DNA of 63,098 nucleotides, the filler included, from Octopus bimaculoides (Eukaryota), in NCBI RefSeq assembly GCF_001194135.2. It is 7 parts of 5 records of this genome, joined end to end, with 100 filler letters (N's around TTAATTAATTAA, not from the genome) between each part and the next. Parts side by side here need not be neighbours in the genome. Positions count along the whole stretch, not along the records: positions 6,906 to 24,098 come from NC_068995.1; positions 24,199 to 31,670 come from NC_068981.1; 5 more parts are not named here. The stretch is one strand, 5' to 3'. The notes beneath the pieces were generated by a model. It was not told the origin of the DNA. It searched no databases and saw nothing but the letters and a program-made list of their open reading frames with translations. This document shows, piece after piece, positions 12,197-25,404 of this stretch. How positions within the stretch are numbered: the stretch's first letter is position 1; each line of letters starts with the position of its first letter. Made by a program: the position numbers and the translations under genes.

Positions 12197-12486
12197 AGCT
12201 AGTTGACTTATCACGAGGACGTAAGTGCCCCTCATACTTCTCTTCAAGAGGGATATTTATAATACTTGGAATTCAAATTGCTTACAAACCTGAACATGGC
12301 TTTTAATGCTGATTGGTTCAATAAACAGTTGCCAAGCAAGCGTTTGATGAATGCGTCGCCAAGGGAAACTCCAGGTTAAAAGCCGATAGATCAAGTCTGA
12401 TACATACTCAGACGTGCTGTTCAGTACAGTCTGTGTCTTTGATCTGGGTGTCATGCATACATACCCACAAATAGGCACACACACAC

Positions 12487-12534
<48 letters not shown>

Positions 12535-12621
12535 ACGCACACACGCACGCACGCACACACACACTCATACACACGCACTCTCCAAGACATGTACATACAC
12601 CGATATGAAATATTAGTGTGC

Positions 12622-12657
<36 letters not shown>

Positions 12658-13146
12658 NNNNNNNNNNNNNNNNNNNNNNNNNNNNNNNNNNNNNNNNNNN
12701 NNNNNNNNNNNNNNNNNNNNNNNNNNNNNNNNNNNNNNNNNNNNNNNNNNNNNNNNNNNNNNNNNNNNNNNNNNNNNNNNNNNNNNNNNNNNNNNNNNNN
12801 NNNNNNNNNNNNNNNNNNNNNNNNNNNNNNNNNNNNNNNNNNNNNNNNNNNNNNNNNNNNNNNNNNNNNNNNNNNNNNNNNNNNNNNNNNNNNNNNNNNN
12901 NNNNNNNNNNNNNNNNNNNNNNNNNNNNNNNNNNNNNNNNNNNNNNNNNNNNNNNNNNNNNNNNNNNNNNNNNNNNNNNNNNNNNNNNNNNNNNNNNNNN
13001 NNNNNNNNNNNNNNNNNNNNNNNNNNNNNNNNNNNNNNNNNNNNNNNNNNNNNNNNNNNNNNNNNNNNNNNNNNNNNNNNNNNNNNNNNNNNNNNNNNNN
13101 NNNNNNNNNNNNNNNNNNNNNNNNNNNNNNNNNNNNNNNNNNNNNN

Positions 13147-13179
<33 letters not shown>

Positions 13180-13541
13180 TATATCCATGTGTACATGTGC
13201 GTGTGTACGAATGTAAGAGTTACTAGTTATAAGCCTGAATGCGCGCATGCGTTTGTGTGTCAGCATGCGTGTCTGTATGTATGCGTGTGTGTATGTGTGT
13301 GAGTGTGTGCGTGCGGACACTGATAAAGAAGGCACAGTGGAACGGTGTTATATCAGAGAAGGACTCCAGAGTATTTTACTTTTAAAATGAGTTCAATGTT
13401 GCTCAAATGATAAATAAACAAATAAAAGAAACGCAGCTGCACACCGACACACACCGACAATCATACACACACACACACACACACATATATATACACACAA
13501 ACGCAGGCGCGCGCACACACACACAGCAACATGAAAATAGG

Positions 13542-13588
<47 letters not shown>

Positions 13589-14385
13589 GTGTGTGAGTGA
13601 ATGTATGTCTATGCGGAGAAGGTCTCCTGATGCATATATACGTGTTTATTTCTATATATCAAAAATACAAAAACTCAAAACCAAAAAGAATGTATATATA
13701 TATATGTACTTATATGTACTTACATATAAGAGACCAAAGTGTACGTATATGCATACATACATGTNNNNNNNNNNNNNNNNNNNNNNNNNNNNNNNNNNNN
13801 NNNNNNNNNNNNNNNNNNNNNNNNNNNNNNNNNNNNNNNNNNNNNNNNNNNNNNNNNNNNNNNNNNNNNNNNNNNNNNNNNNNNNNNNNNNNNNNNNNNN
13901 NNNNNNNNNNNNNNNNNNNNNNNNNNNNNNNNNNNNNNNNNNNNNNNNNNNNNNNNNNNNNNNNNNNNNNNNNNNNNNNNNNNNNNNNNNNNNNNNNNNN
14001 NNNNNNNNNNNNNNNNNNNNNNNNNNNNNNNNNNNNNNNNNNNNNNNNNNNNNNNNNNNNNNNNNNNNNNNNNNNNNNNNNNNNNNNNNNNNNNNNNNNN
14101 NNNNNNNNNNNNNNNNNNNNNNNNNNNNNNNNNNNNNNNNNNNNNNNNNNNNNNNNNNNNNNNNNNNNNNNNNNNNNNNNNNNNNNNNNNNNNNNNNNNN
14201 NNNNNNNNNNNNNNNNNNNNNNNNNNNNNNNNNNNNNNNNNNNNNNNNNNNNNNNNNNNNNNNNNNNNNNNNNNNNNNNNNNNNNNNNNNNNNNNNNNNN
14301 NNNNNNNNNNNNNNNNNNNNNNNNNNNNNNNNNNNNNNNNNNNNNNNNNNNNNNNNNNNNNNNNNNNNNNNNNNNNNNNNNNNNN

Positions 14386-14446
<61 letters not shown>

Positions 14447-16123
14447 TTGTGTGTGTATGTATATATGTACATGAACTCATATGTACATATATATATATGT
14501 TTGTATATATGCGTATAGACTCATATACATAATCGGTTTCTTGTATCACAAGATGAGTGGAGAACTTAACACAAACAAAAGACCCTTTTCTCTTCCTCCT
14601 CCTCTCTTCCGCCACTTTCTTCTTCTTCTTCTTCTTCTTCTTCTTCTTCTTCTTCTTCTTCTTCTTCTTCTTCTTCTTCTTCTTCTGACGCAACATTGTG
14701 ATAAGATTGTAGACCTCACAGAGCACAAAGTCCCTGAAATCCTATTCTTAGGGGAAGCGGGTCGGAAACGTTATCAGCTTGTGTTATCCTCGCTGCCAAC
14801 GCCAGCACCATCTGAACTGCCATCTATCTCGCCATACTATCACACTCACATATTTATCGCCTAGACTAAACTCCCCGCCATCATCGCCACTAACAACATC
14901 ACTCGTTCGTCTCCCATTGAATTAACAGAAGAAAAGAAGCATGTCAAACTGTTATGTATGCATGCATGCATGTATGTATGTATGTATGTATGTATTATGT
15001 ATGCATGCATGTATGTATGTATGTGTATGTGCGTATTCATGTGGGATAGTGTCGTCTATATGTATGTATATGTATTCGTCTGGAGCGTTTATTTATATAT
15101 ATATAAATGTATGTATATATATATATATGTATGTATATATATATATANNNNNNNNNNNNNNNNNNNNNNNNNNNNNNNNNNNNNNNNNNNNNNNNNNNNN
15201 NNNNNNNNNNNNNNNNNNNNNNNNNNNNNNNNNNNNNNNNNNNNNNNNNNNNNNNNNNNNNNNNNNNNNNNNNNNNNNNNNNNNNNNNNNNNNNNNNNNN
15301 NNNNNNNNNNNNNNNNNNNNNNNNNNNNNNNNNNNNNNNNNNNNNNNNNNNNNNNNNNNNNNNNNNNNNNNNNNNNNNNNNNNNNNNNNNNNNNNNNNNN
15401 NNNNNNNNNNNNNNNNNNNNNNNNNNNNNNNNNNNNNNNNNNNNNNNNNNNNNNNNNTATACACACACATTGATATTGTTCTTGGCAGAAATAAAGTATT
15501 TGAGATTAACCTTAGTAGGAATATAATATTTGAGACTTATTTTAGTATTTGCTAGCATTGTCATAATCAAAGATAGAATTCAGCAATGATCAGAGATCTA
15601 TTACTTGTAAGAACATCGTATTTTGTTACGCAACCTTAAATATACTACGAAGTATATGAAACGCTCTGTATATCCATACTGTGCGCTGTCGTGTTAGCAG
15701 TGCTATTACATCGCTTTTTAAGGTTGTCTTTACAGATTTTCTAGATTACTGGCTATAATTTCTATAGAAAATCTGTAGAGATAACCTTTAAAAGTGGTCA
15801 GAGATCAATTAACAACTTGTAGCCCATGCCAGCATTAATCCCAGACCGATCTGCATTCTGTAGATCTTGATTATAATTTTGTATTTTTATGTCAATGTGG
15901 AATCCTTATCTTGAAATCTGGAATCCGATAACAGTTTTTGAGGTCACCCCCTATTCACTCAAAACCTAGTAAAGTCTCGAAACTCTAGTCTCATTCTATA
16001 TTTGTTTCATGACAGCTGAACTTCATCTCTTCTCTTGACTGTCTTTCGAAATAATCAGTCTATGTTTATCTGGCCTTTGCTATATCCTATATTCCGATTT
16101 CCCATGTTTATTGTAATGACGTT

Positions 16124-16333
16124 GAGGTGGCAAAATTCTTAGCACGCCGGACAAACTGCTTAGTCGTATTTGTTCTTGCATTACGTTCTGAGTTCAAATT
16201 TCGACAAAGTCGACTTTGCCTCTCATCCTTTCGAGGTCGATAAAATAACACATCCCTGGCGACTTAATCCCTTTGTTTTTCCTTGTTTGTCTCCTCTATG
16301 TTTAGCCCCTTGTGGGCAATAAAGAAATAAGAA
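16124..16333 (+). mobile_element. SINE family B with a variant tail; a second degenerate copy follows at about 16345-16500
   Basis: GAGGTGGCAAAATTCTTAGCACGCCGGACAAA..GTTCTGAGTTCAAATT..GTCGACTTTGCCTCTCATCCTTTCG homologous to 39664-39876 and 53607-53798. Confidence 0.75.
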
Positions 16334-17388
16334 TCGTTACTGTTTGGCAGGTTTCTTTTGAGTTAAAACACCGCAAGGGTCGATTTGCCTTTCATCCTTT
16401 TGCGCTCGATAAAATAAGTAGCAGTTGAGCACTGGGGTTGATGTAATCGTTTATTCCTTCCCCTAGAATTGCTACCTTGGAGCCAAAATTTGAAGTCAGT
16501 GTAAAGGTACTTAACTCAAGAATTTTCTGTATTTTGTGCGAGTATCTTGCAATTTCCTGTCCAATACCACGGACGTAGATTCATATGCTGTTTTATATAA
16601 TTGTTTCCAAGTTCCAGTATATAATTTTCACGACTATTCATTGTAGGAAGTCAATGATAGCCATCAAAGACTATCCAATGCGGTGTCTTTTACCAAGGCG
16701 CAATGCACAGTTTCTGCTTCGATAAATGAATCTTCGACGATTTCGATGATGATTATTCAGTTTTTCGATCCACTGAAGTACCTTTGCATTGAATCAGTGC
16801 GCATGTGGCCAGGCTTTAACAAAAACAAAAAAAAAAAGTAATAAATACTGGAGTGGATAGAGTCGACTAAAATTCCAGGTAATGCCCCAACATGGTTGCA
16901 GTTTAATGAATGAAACAAGTAAAAGAATAAAAGAATTAAAGGATATATATATANNNNNNNNNNNNNNNNNNNNNNNNNNNNNNNNNNNNNNNNNNNNNNN
17001 NNNNNNNNNNNNNNNNNNNNNNNNNNNNNNNNNNNNNNNNNNNNNNNNNNNNNNNNNNNNNNNNNNNNNNNNNNNNNNNNNNNNNNNNNNNNNNNNNNNN
17101 NNNNNNNNNNNNNNNNNNNNNNNNNNNNNNNNNNNNNNNNNNNNNNNNNNNNNNNNNNNNNNNNNNNNNNNNNNNNNNNNNNNNNNNNNNNNNNNNNNNN
17201 NNNNNNNNNNNNNNNNNNNNNNNNNNNNNNNNNNNNNNNNNNNNNNNNNNNNNNNNNNNNNNNNNNNNNNNNNNNNNNNNNNNNNNNNNNNNNNNNNNNN
17301 NNNNNNNNNNNNNNNNNNNNNNNNNNNNNNNNNNNNNNNNNNNNNNNNNNNNNNNNNNNNNNNNNNNNNNNNNNNNNNNNNNNNNNNN

Positions 17389-17427
<39 letters not shown>

Positions 17428-18777
17428 TAGTTTTCCTTGTCTGAGTTTGGGGTAATTTGTATTTATATAGATGTAAGTTGTGTGTGCGTTTCATATGTAT
17501 ACATACACATACACACAGGAACACACATACAGAGACGCACACACACACATATATATATATGTGCCTATGTATGTCTATGTGACATTGTACATATGTGGCC
17601 ACCCTTAACTATGTATGTATGTTTACGTGTCTATGCGTATTTATGTGTAACCATGTGTGTCTATAATGGCCCTCTGTGGCGGTATATCTACATGTGTATG
17701 TGTACGTATGTGTATTCGTGCTGTTTGTATGTCCACCTGAACTATTTATGTGTGTGTGTGAGTACGTGCATCCACGTCTGGCTCGATGTCTATAGATATA
17801 TGTATGTGCGTGCGTATGTGCATGAGTATGTGTGTGTATGTGTGTGTGTGTGTATGTGCGTGTGTGTGTGTGTGTGTGTCCTGTGTCCCTTCGTCACAAC
17901 GTCTTGTGTCTTGTGTAGCCATTTTGTCTTTATCTTTGTTACCATATTTCCTAATTTGTTTTCCTTTCCACGCCACCCTCCACACAGACATATCCCCCAC
18001 CGACATAATACACCCACACCCCCACACCCTCTTCTATCCCACATCACATACCACAGAACACCTCCCACCCCACGCCACTCTCTCACACCTCACACCATTC
18101 CATCATTCCACTAACACATTTTTCTTTCTTTTTCTTGACCGAAATCTTAATTAGGTTTCCATGTTATGGAGTGGTGGCGTGGACGGTGCGGAGGGGTGTG
18201 GAGTTAGTGTGTGGTGAGGGACGGAGTTGTTGGGTAGGGAGGAAAAGGAAGAAGAGTACTGCTGGGATGTTGGTGCGACGTGGGGAGAAGTAAGAGGTAG
18301 GGTACAGCCAGAAAGAGTGCGACAGGGAGGATGGGTGGCAGGGAGACTGGAGAAGAGGGTGAGAGGAGGATAGTGTGTAAGCGGTACTTAAGGACGGGTG
18401 AGAGGTATATAAGAAAGACAGAAAGAAAGAGAGAGAGAGAAAGAAAGAAAGAAAGAATGATAGCCATAACCAGAAAGGAGGAGAAGAGAAAAGGATTAGA
18501 GGACAGAGAAAATAGATGACAGTGTAGGGAAAGAGACAAAGAGAAAGAAGGAGATGAAAGAGAGGAAGACAGAAAAAATATGACGAGAGAAAAAGATGAC
18601 ATAGAGAGAAGCAAAAATGACATGGGGAGAGAGAGATATGTAAGAAACGAGTAATTTTGGAAAAAATAGGCTTTGAGGATAGGGGTAGACAATAGTTCCT
18701 TATTGGAGTGTCCACGATTAAGGATGCCATTCTCTGAATATTTTTTGCTCTCTGTCATACAGAGGAGGAGAGAGGGA

Positions 18778-18809
<32 letters not shown>

Positions 18810-19842
18810 GTGAGTGGGGGGGGGCAGAGAGAAAGATAGACAGAATGAAGGAGGGAGAGAAAGGGAAATTGAACACCGCTACTGGACTGATGCTTTGTAT
18901 TTCTTTTAAGAGGGTTGTTTTTGAAAAAAGTTGAGCATTCTCAAAGTGGAATTCGAACTCGTAGAGCAAGGAACCGGATTAAATACCGCGATGTATTCTG
19001 TCTAACGACTCTAATAATCCAGTACATTGCAGAACTTGTGTATATATATCTCATGGGATCATTTGTTGATGTGGTTGGGTTTGTATAACAGGCTGAAATA
19101 ATTGGGAAGGCGAATGGTGTATCGAATATAATTATAAGTGGATAAAATCGTGGTAGCCCAGGTGTAAAAATTGAAAAGATAAGATTAAGGGACTTTATAC
19201 AGAAGACATGTGCCAAAGAATAACGTAAAGTTGTTGTCGGAATGGTAGAGAAAGCCTAATGATTTTGAGAAAATATTATTTTTAATAGTATCTCCCTTCT
19301 TTGGAAATTGCTAAAATTGTTCGGTTTTCGTTGAAATTTTCATAACCACGAAAGAGAATTCAATTGCGATCTCTTTTTTTTTTCTTTGTCAGTAGTATTG
19401 AGTACTGCATCACCTCTTCAAAGATTTATAGAAATATCATGGCGTTGGCTTGTTTAACTTATTTCTCTTGAGTACTTTTATATTTCCAATCATACGTACA
19501 TATACATACAAACACACACAGGCACACAGACATATATAAATATCTATTTATATAAATAATTTACGGTGATAAAATCACAGGTGCGATACGCTCCGTTAAT
19601 AAATAAGTTAAAAATTGTATAGAAAAAAAGACAAAAACAAACAGAATGGCAAGTAAACAGACGAACGAAAAAGGTCCCCAATTCGTCATCAGTTATCGGC
19701 CCTTGCAGGTGTCACCAGCGAGGAATCTACATTATCGTTAAAAGCATGAGGTTGCGTCAGACCCTTTGGCCAATAACGGATGAGGAATTGGGATCCTTCT
19801 GTGTCTGCTTTCCGTGTGTGCAGTTACAATTCACTTTTTTAA

Positions 19843-19879
<37 letters not shown>

Positions 19880-21289
19880 NNNNNNNNNNNNNNNNNNNNN
19901 NNNNNNNNNNNNNNNNNNNNNNNNNNNNNNNNNNNNNNNNNNNNNNNNNNNNNNNNNNNNNNNNNNNNNNNNNNNNNNNNNNNNNNNNNNNNNNNNNNNN
20001 NNNNNNNNNNNNNNNNNNNNNNNNNNNNNNNNNNNNNNNNNNNNNNNNNNNNNNNNNNNNNNNNNNNNNNNNNNNNNNNNNNNNNNNNNNNNNNNNNNNN
20101 NNNNNNNNNNNNNNNNNNNNNNNNNNNNNNNNNNNNNNNNNNNNNNNNNNNNNNNNNNNNNNNNNNNNNNNNNNNNNNNNNNNNNNNNNNNNNNNNNNNN
20201 NNNNNNNNNNNNNNNNNNNNNNNNNNNNNNNNNNNNNNNNNNNNNNNNNNNNNNNNNNNNNNNNNNNNNNNNNNNNNNNNNNNNNNNNNATATATATTTA
20301 TATATATAAGACATTATGCTGTTTTCCTTCTGGCTTTTATCATTGCTAACTATTGTTAGGGTGGCTAGTTGAGGGAGCAGTTAACACATCGAAAAACTGT
20401 CGTTATTAGCGTTTCTTTTGGCCTTTTACGTTCAGAGTTCAAATCCCGCCGAGGTTAACTTTACATTTCTTCACTTTGTTGCTCTTTGTACAGATTTTAA
20501 ATATCATTAGCCCCATGGATCAGAAGAAATTTAATGACATGTTGAGTAAGAATTTGATGTATAGAAGTGAGTAAGAAGATACTTTGTATAAGTTAGATTG
20601 TATGTCAGGTCAAAGGTTTCATCACGGACTGGATGAGACCTGCTACTGTGGCCATGTAAATTAGTATTACCTGTTGCATGGTCGAGTGGTCGCCAGTTAA
20701 ACCACTTCACCATTTGAGTAACTTGCTACTCTTGGTGGGAGGGTGTCTGGACACCAAGTAAGAATAAAAACAAGACTTGTCCAAGGATGGATGAGCTAGC
20801 TTCTTGTGGGCCAACGGCCATCCACTTGAGGAAGACACTGGCAAACCAACCTAATGTCCCTGCCAAGAAAACACTATGAGAAAGTCAGAATGAAGTAACA
20901 TTATGGCTTCATCCGATGGAAGATTTTACGCTTACCATTATTCTTAACACGCTGTACAAGACTACGATACTTGACGACAAAGACGAAAACGATGACGAGT
21001 TCAATAGTTTTTATTATCGATCTAGAGTCATCAAAACAGGTGAGAATGATGTCACTGATGACTAATCTAAAGATCTGTATGTCAGTGTCTTCATTTCAAG
21101 CAAAATTGGGTGAGAGTAGCCGAAGGACATGAGTAGCTACTTAAAGCACGCTTGGACAAAATGGCGGCGGGGAAAATTATAACGATGAAGATGGTAATGT
21201 TGGTGTTTGCGTGTGTGCGTATGTGTTTGTGTGTGTGTCTGTGTTTGTATGAGAGAGAGGGGGTAATACGTTAGAGAGAGAGAGAGAGG

Positions 21290-21326
<37 letters not shown>

Positions 21327-22013
21327 TGAAATAGAGAAGTAAAACAATATTAGTGAGGAGGAGTTGTCTGAGAGAAAATTAGAAATTGTTAGCGAGGAGT
21401 GGAAAGAAAAATGACGGTATTGGTGAAAGAGATATAGAGAAAGTGATTGAGAGAGGAAAACAGAGAGAAGTGGGTGGATATGAAAGAGAGGGAGAAAGAG
21501 AGAGGGAGAGAGAGAGAGGAGGAGGAGAGACGGGGAGAGAAGGAGAGAGTTGGGAAAATTCGAACAGAAACGGAGACCGTGAAAGGGAGATGCTGGGGAG
21601 AAAAACAATATGGGTGAAAGTATATGAGGGGAAAGAAAGGGAGCGAATAAGTTGAGAGACAGTGTTCTGCACTTGTGAGACAGAATGTGTGTGCATGAGA
21701 GAGAGGGAGAGAAGGAGAGAGAGGAAGAGGGAGAGAGAGTAATTATCTACACGTGTAGAAGTGTTTGTCCATCCGTGCCCAAATGCGTACATTAGTTTGT
21801 AAATGGGTTTAAATATGCGTACATATCTGTATCTGAGCACGTGTCAATGTACGTGTCTATATCAAAATGCGTGTGTATACACCTATGTACACATAGGCAT
21901 ATGACTATGGAAGCATATATATATATATATATATATATATACGTGTTTCTATCAATACATATATGTATATGTAGACATGCGTATGTATATATACATTTAC
22001 ACACACACATCTG

Positions 22014-22085
<72 letters not shown>

Positions 22086-22238
22086 TGCATGTGTGTGTGC
22101 GTGCCTGTGTGTGCGTGCCTGTGTGTACATGGATGTATACGTGCAAAGAAGCTATGAATGGAATGTAACAAGGTAACGGAGAGAGATAAAGTAAAATATC
22201 TTTGTTCTACTTTCTTTAAGTTTTGTTATCAATATATG

Positions 22239-22279
<41 letters not shown>

Positions 22280-22640
22280 TTATCTATCTTTTTATCTACT
22301 TATACATACATACACACATACTTGCACTCATACATACATGCATACATACATACATACATACATACATACATACAGTGCTCTCCTTGTTATGACCAGAAAT
22401 GGCTCTGATAGAAATAGCTTTAATTTTCTTAGGTCGTTCATATTTCCTCAATTTATCAATAGATTGAATGTATAAACCTATCTGTAATGTATCCATAATG
22501 ACTACTGGAAACAACTGTAATCTAAATTTGCTCCTATAAAGGAAAAATATGTAATGACCATTATTCTTAACTTGTTTATTAACCACACACACACACACAC
22601 ACACATACACACACACATACACACACACACGCACACAAGA

Positions 22641-22673
<33 letters not shown>

Positions 22674-22680
22674 TTTTTCA

Positions 22681-23100
22681 TTTCTTCTTTCCGATGAAGA
22701 GCCATGCTTGAAATGTTCAGAACGCTCTCCTTTCAGCGAGCGTCAAACTAATATAATTCATTTTTTTCTGTTTTCCTTCTCTNNNNNNNNNNNNNNNNNN
22801 NNNNNNNNNNNNNNNNNNNNNNNNNNNNNNNNNNNNNNNNNNNNNNNNNNNNNNNNNNNNNNNNNNNNNNNNNNNNNNNNNNNNNNNNNNNNNNNNNNNN
22901 NNNNNNNNNNNNNNNNNNNNNNNNNNNNNNNNNNNNNNNNNNNNNNNNNNNNNNNNNNNNNNNNNNNNNNNNNNNTATATATATGTGTATATAACAGAAA
23001 AAGAAAGAAAAGAGAAAGAAACGAATTATACTAGCTTGACGTTTGCTGAAAGGAAAGAGTTATTAACATTTCAAACATGGATCTTCATCGAAAAGGAGAA
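22681..23100. repeat. Diverged inverted repeat pair (22681-22782 plus, about 22993-23100 minus) flanking a gap and (TA)n
   Basis: Left CCGATGAAGAGCCATGCTTGAAATGTTCAGAACGCTCTCCTTTCAGCGAGCGTCAAACTAATATAATTC aligns to the right arm reverse complement TCGATGAAGATCCATGTTTGAAATGTTAATAACTCTTTCCTTTCAGCAAACGTCAAGCTAGTATAATTC. Confidence 0.75.
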
Positions 23101-24245
23101 AGAAAAAAGTTGAAAGAAGTAAAATGAAAATCGCCAACGGCCCACGTGTAGTTCATACATGCATGCATACATACATACATACATACATATATACATACAT
23201 ACATACATACATGCACACACACATATATTTATTAAAGTATATATATATATATATACATATGCATGAAAGTATTTATGTATGAATGTATGTATTTGAGAAT
23301 AGATTTAGTGTTTAGGATTAAGGACTTAATGTAAGAATACGGGCCTCAATGAGGGTTTATGTTTAGGATCAAATTTCGGTGGATATTAGAGATATGGTAA
23401 AAGATAGAAAGATTGATATAAATCAAATTTCTTGATCCCCCCCCCCCCATTTTTATGAACATAATTGCCTAGGGAGGTTTTATTCATTTTTCGAGGAACA
23501 GGAACATAAAAACAAAAGAATATTACCCATAATGTCTATTCCGAAACCGAATATATGTTCAGAAGCATTGTAATAACGTAAAAATGAAAATTAATTACTT
23601 CGCGATGTTAGAGTTGACATCCTCACTATATAGCCTGAGCAACGCAGTGTGTTGCGAATATATGTATGAGTCTACAAAACAGAGAGCGATGTATATACAC
23701 GCACATACACACATTTATTCACCTTATCTATAAGGATTTCCACACACTTTCTCTTGTATATGTTCTTTTCTTTCTACAGTTTATATGTTTATATTTACAA
23801 TCATTTTCAATTATTTATTATGAATATTCAACATAAGGACAAGCGTAGTAAAGCCCCAATCTCTAACGAAGCGGGCAAATACCAACATGACGGCCTGAAC
23901 TCAGTACTTTTGGCGAGACAGCAGTTTATGCATTTATGTACCTGTCGTGACCCAGACTGCAAATTTGATGCAACAAAATATGATGTACATTATCTCAAAC
24001 ATACAGGACAGCCGCACGATGGGTCGAAACGATCGTCATGGCGAATAAAGACAAATACTAAATCAATCTTCTCTTTCATCAATCGAGTTATATATATANN
24101 NNNNNNNNNNNNNNNNNNNNNNNNNNNNNNNNNNNNNNNNNNTTAATTAATTAANNNNNNNNNNNNNNNNNNNNNNNNNNNNNNNNNNNNNNNNNNNNAT
24201 ATATATACATACATACATACATATACATACATACATATATATATG

Positions 24246-25372
24246 CAGGGTTTGAGGGGTAAATTGTCAACATTTTATATTTTATTTTTAATTTCATGCA
24301 TGCACATTGTTTGTTTTTGATTTTGTTGACTCCACAGTATAGTAGGTTCAGCTGGGCACCATCTGTGAGAAAAACAGCACCATGATGCAATTCACTCTGC
24401 CAGAAATTTGGAAACAACATGCTGTACTACTTGCTTGGCATTCACACTGGAAGTTCCAATACAAACATTTCAGAGTGTATGGGTGTCAATGTGAGGACAG
24501 TGAAGAGAATTCGGAAAGAGTTAGCTGAATCTAATGGTGATTACTAACTCTGATCGTTCTGATAAGAGAAGAACTCCTGAATTTGTTGGTGAGATGCAGG
24601 CCATGATTGACAACAATGTCTCCAAGTCAATCAGGTCCATCGCCAGAGTCATGGGAGTGTCTGAGTTTCTTATCAAGCAAGTAGTACATGAAGATATTTG
24701 GTATTCCTCATACAAGATGAGAAAGGGTCAATTTTTATCCCATGCCATCAAGGACAAGAGGGAAGACTATGTTACAAAGCTTTTGAACAAAACTCAAATA
24801 TCCTCTCCAACTGAACACACTTTGGTTTTCTTCAGACAAGAAAAATTTCTACCAGGATCAAACGGTGAACACACAGAACAACTTTTGGCTTGGCGTGTCA
24901 CCAAAACATGTATCGAGAGTGATAAAAATCAAACATCCGGTCAACATCATGGTGTTTGGAGTGATCACTAGTGATGGCAATGTTATGCCTCCATTTATCT
25001 TCCCACACAGCCTCAGACTCAAAACGGAAGCCTACATCAAGTACCTGGAGGAGGTAGTGCTGCCCTGAGTCAAGAGGGTGGCTGCTGGAAGACCCTATTT
25101 CTAGCAACAGGACTCTGCACCATGCCACACAAGCAGAAGAACCCAATCATGGCTGTCAGACAATTTCTGCAATCACATTACTCCTAACATCTGGCCACCT
25201 AACTCTCCAGGCTGTAACCCCCTTGATTTATTATGTGTGGGGCGCAGTTGAGCAAGAGAAGAACAAAACTCTTTGTAACACCAAAGATGAATTGAAGGCA
25301 AGGATTATGGCAGCATTCACCAACTTAAACAGGGTGACCATCCAGAAGAGTTGCAATTTACCCATCGCACTG
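24246..25372 (+). mobile_element. Degenerate Tc1/mariner-superfamily DNA transposon, DD37D (maT-like)
   Basis: Transposase remnants SDKKNFYQDQ..HPVNIMVFG..QQDSAPCH..IWPPNSPGCNPLD(frameshift)YVWG, with 37 residues counted between D2 and D3. Imperfect TIRs CAGGGTTTGAGGGGTAAATTG (24246) and CAATTTACCCATCGCACTG (to 25372). Several stops and frameshifts. Confidence 0.85.

Positions 25373-25404
<32 letters not shown>

Noticed and set aside
16560-16650. TTDVDSYAVLYNC resembling a lipocalin TDY motif
   Set aside because: It continues from SINE-derived sequence, has a stop soon after, and no other lipocalin motifs were found.
20925-21025. Minus-strand hydrophobic stretch IELVIVFVFVVKYR as a possible transmembrane exon
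   Set aside because: It is explained by the reverse complement of a GAC/GAT-rich run, and the phase does not fit the PAN gene.
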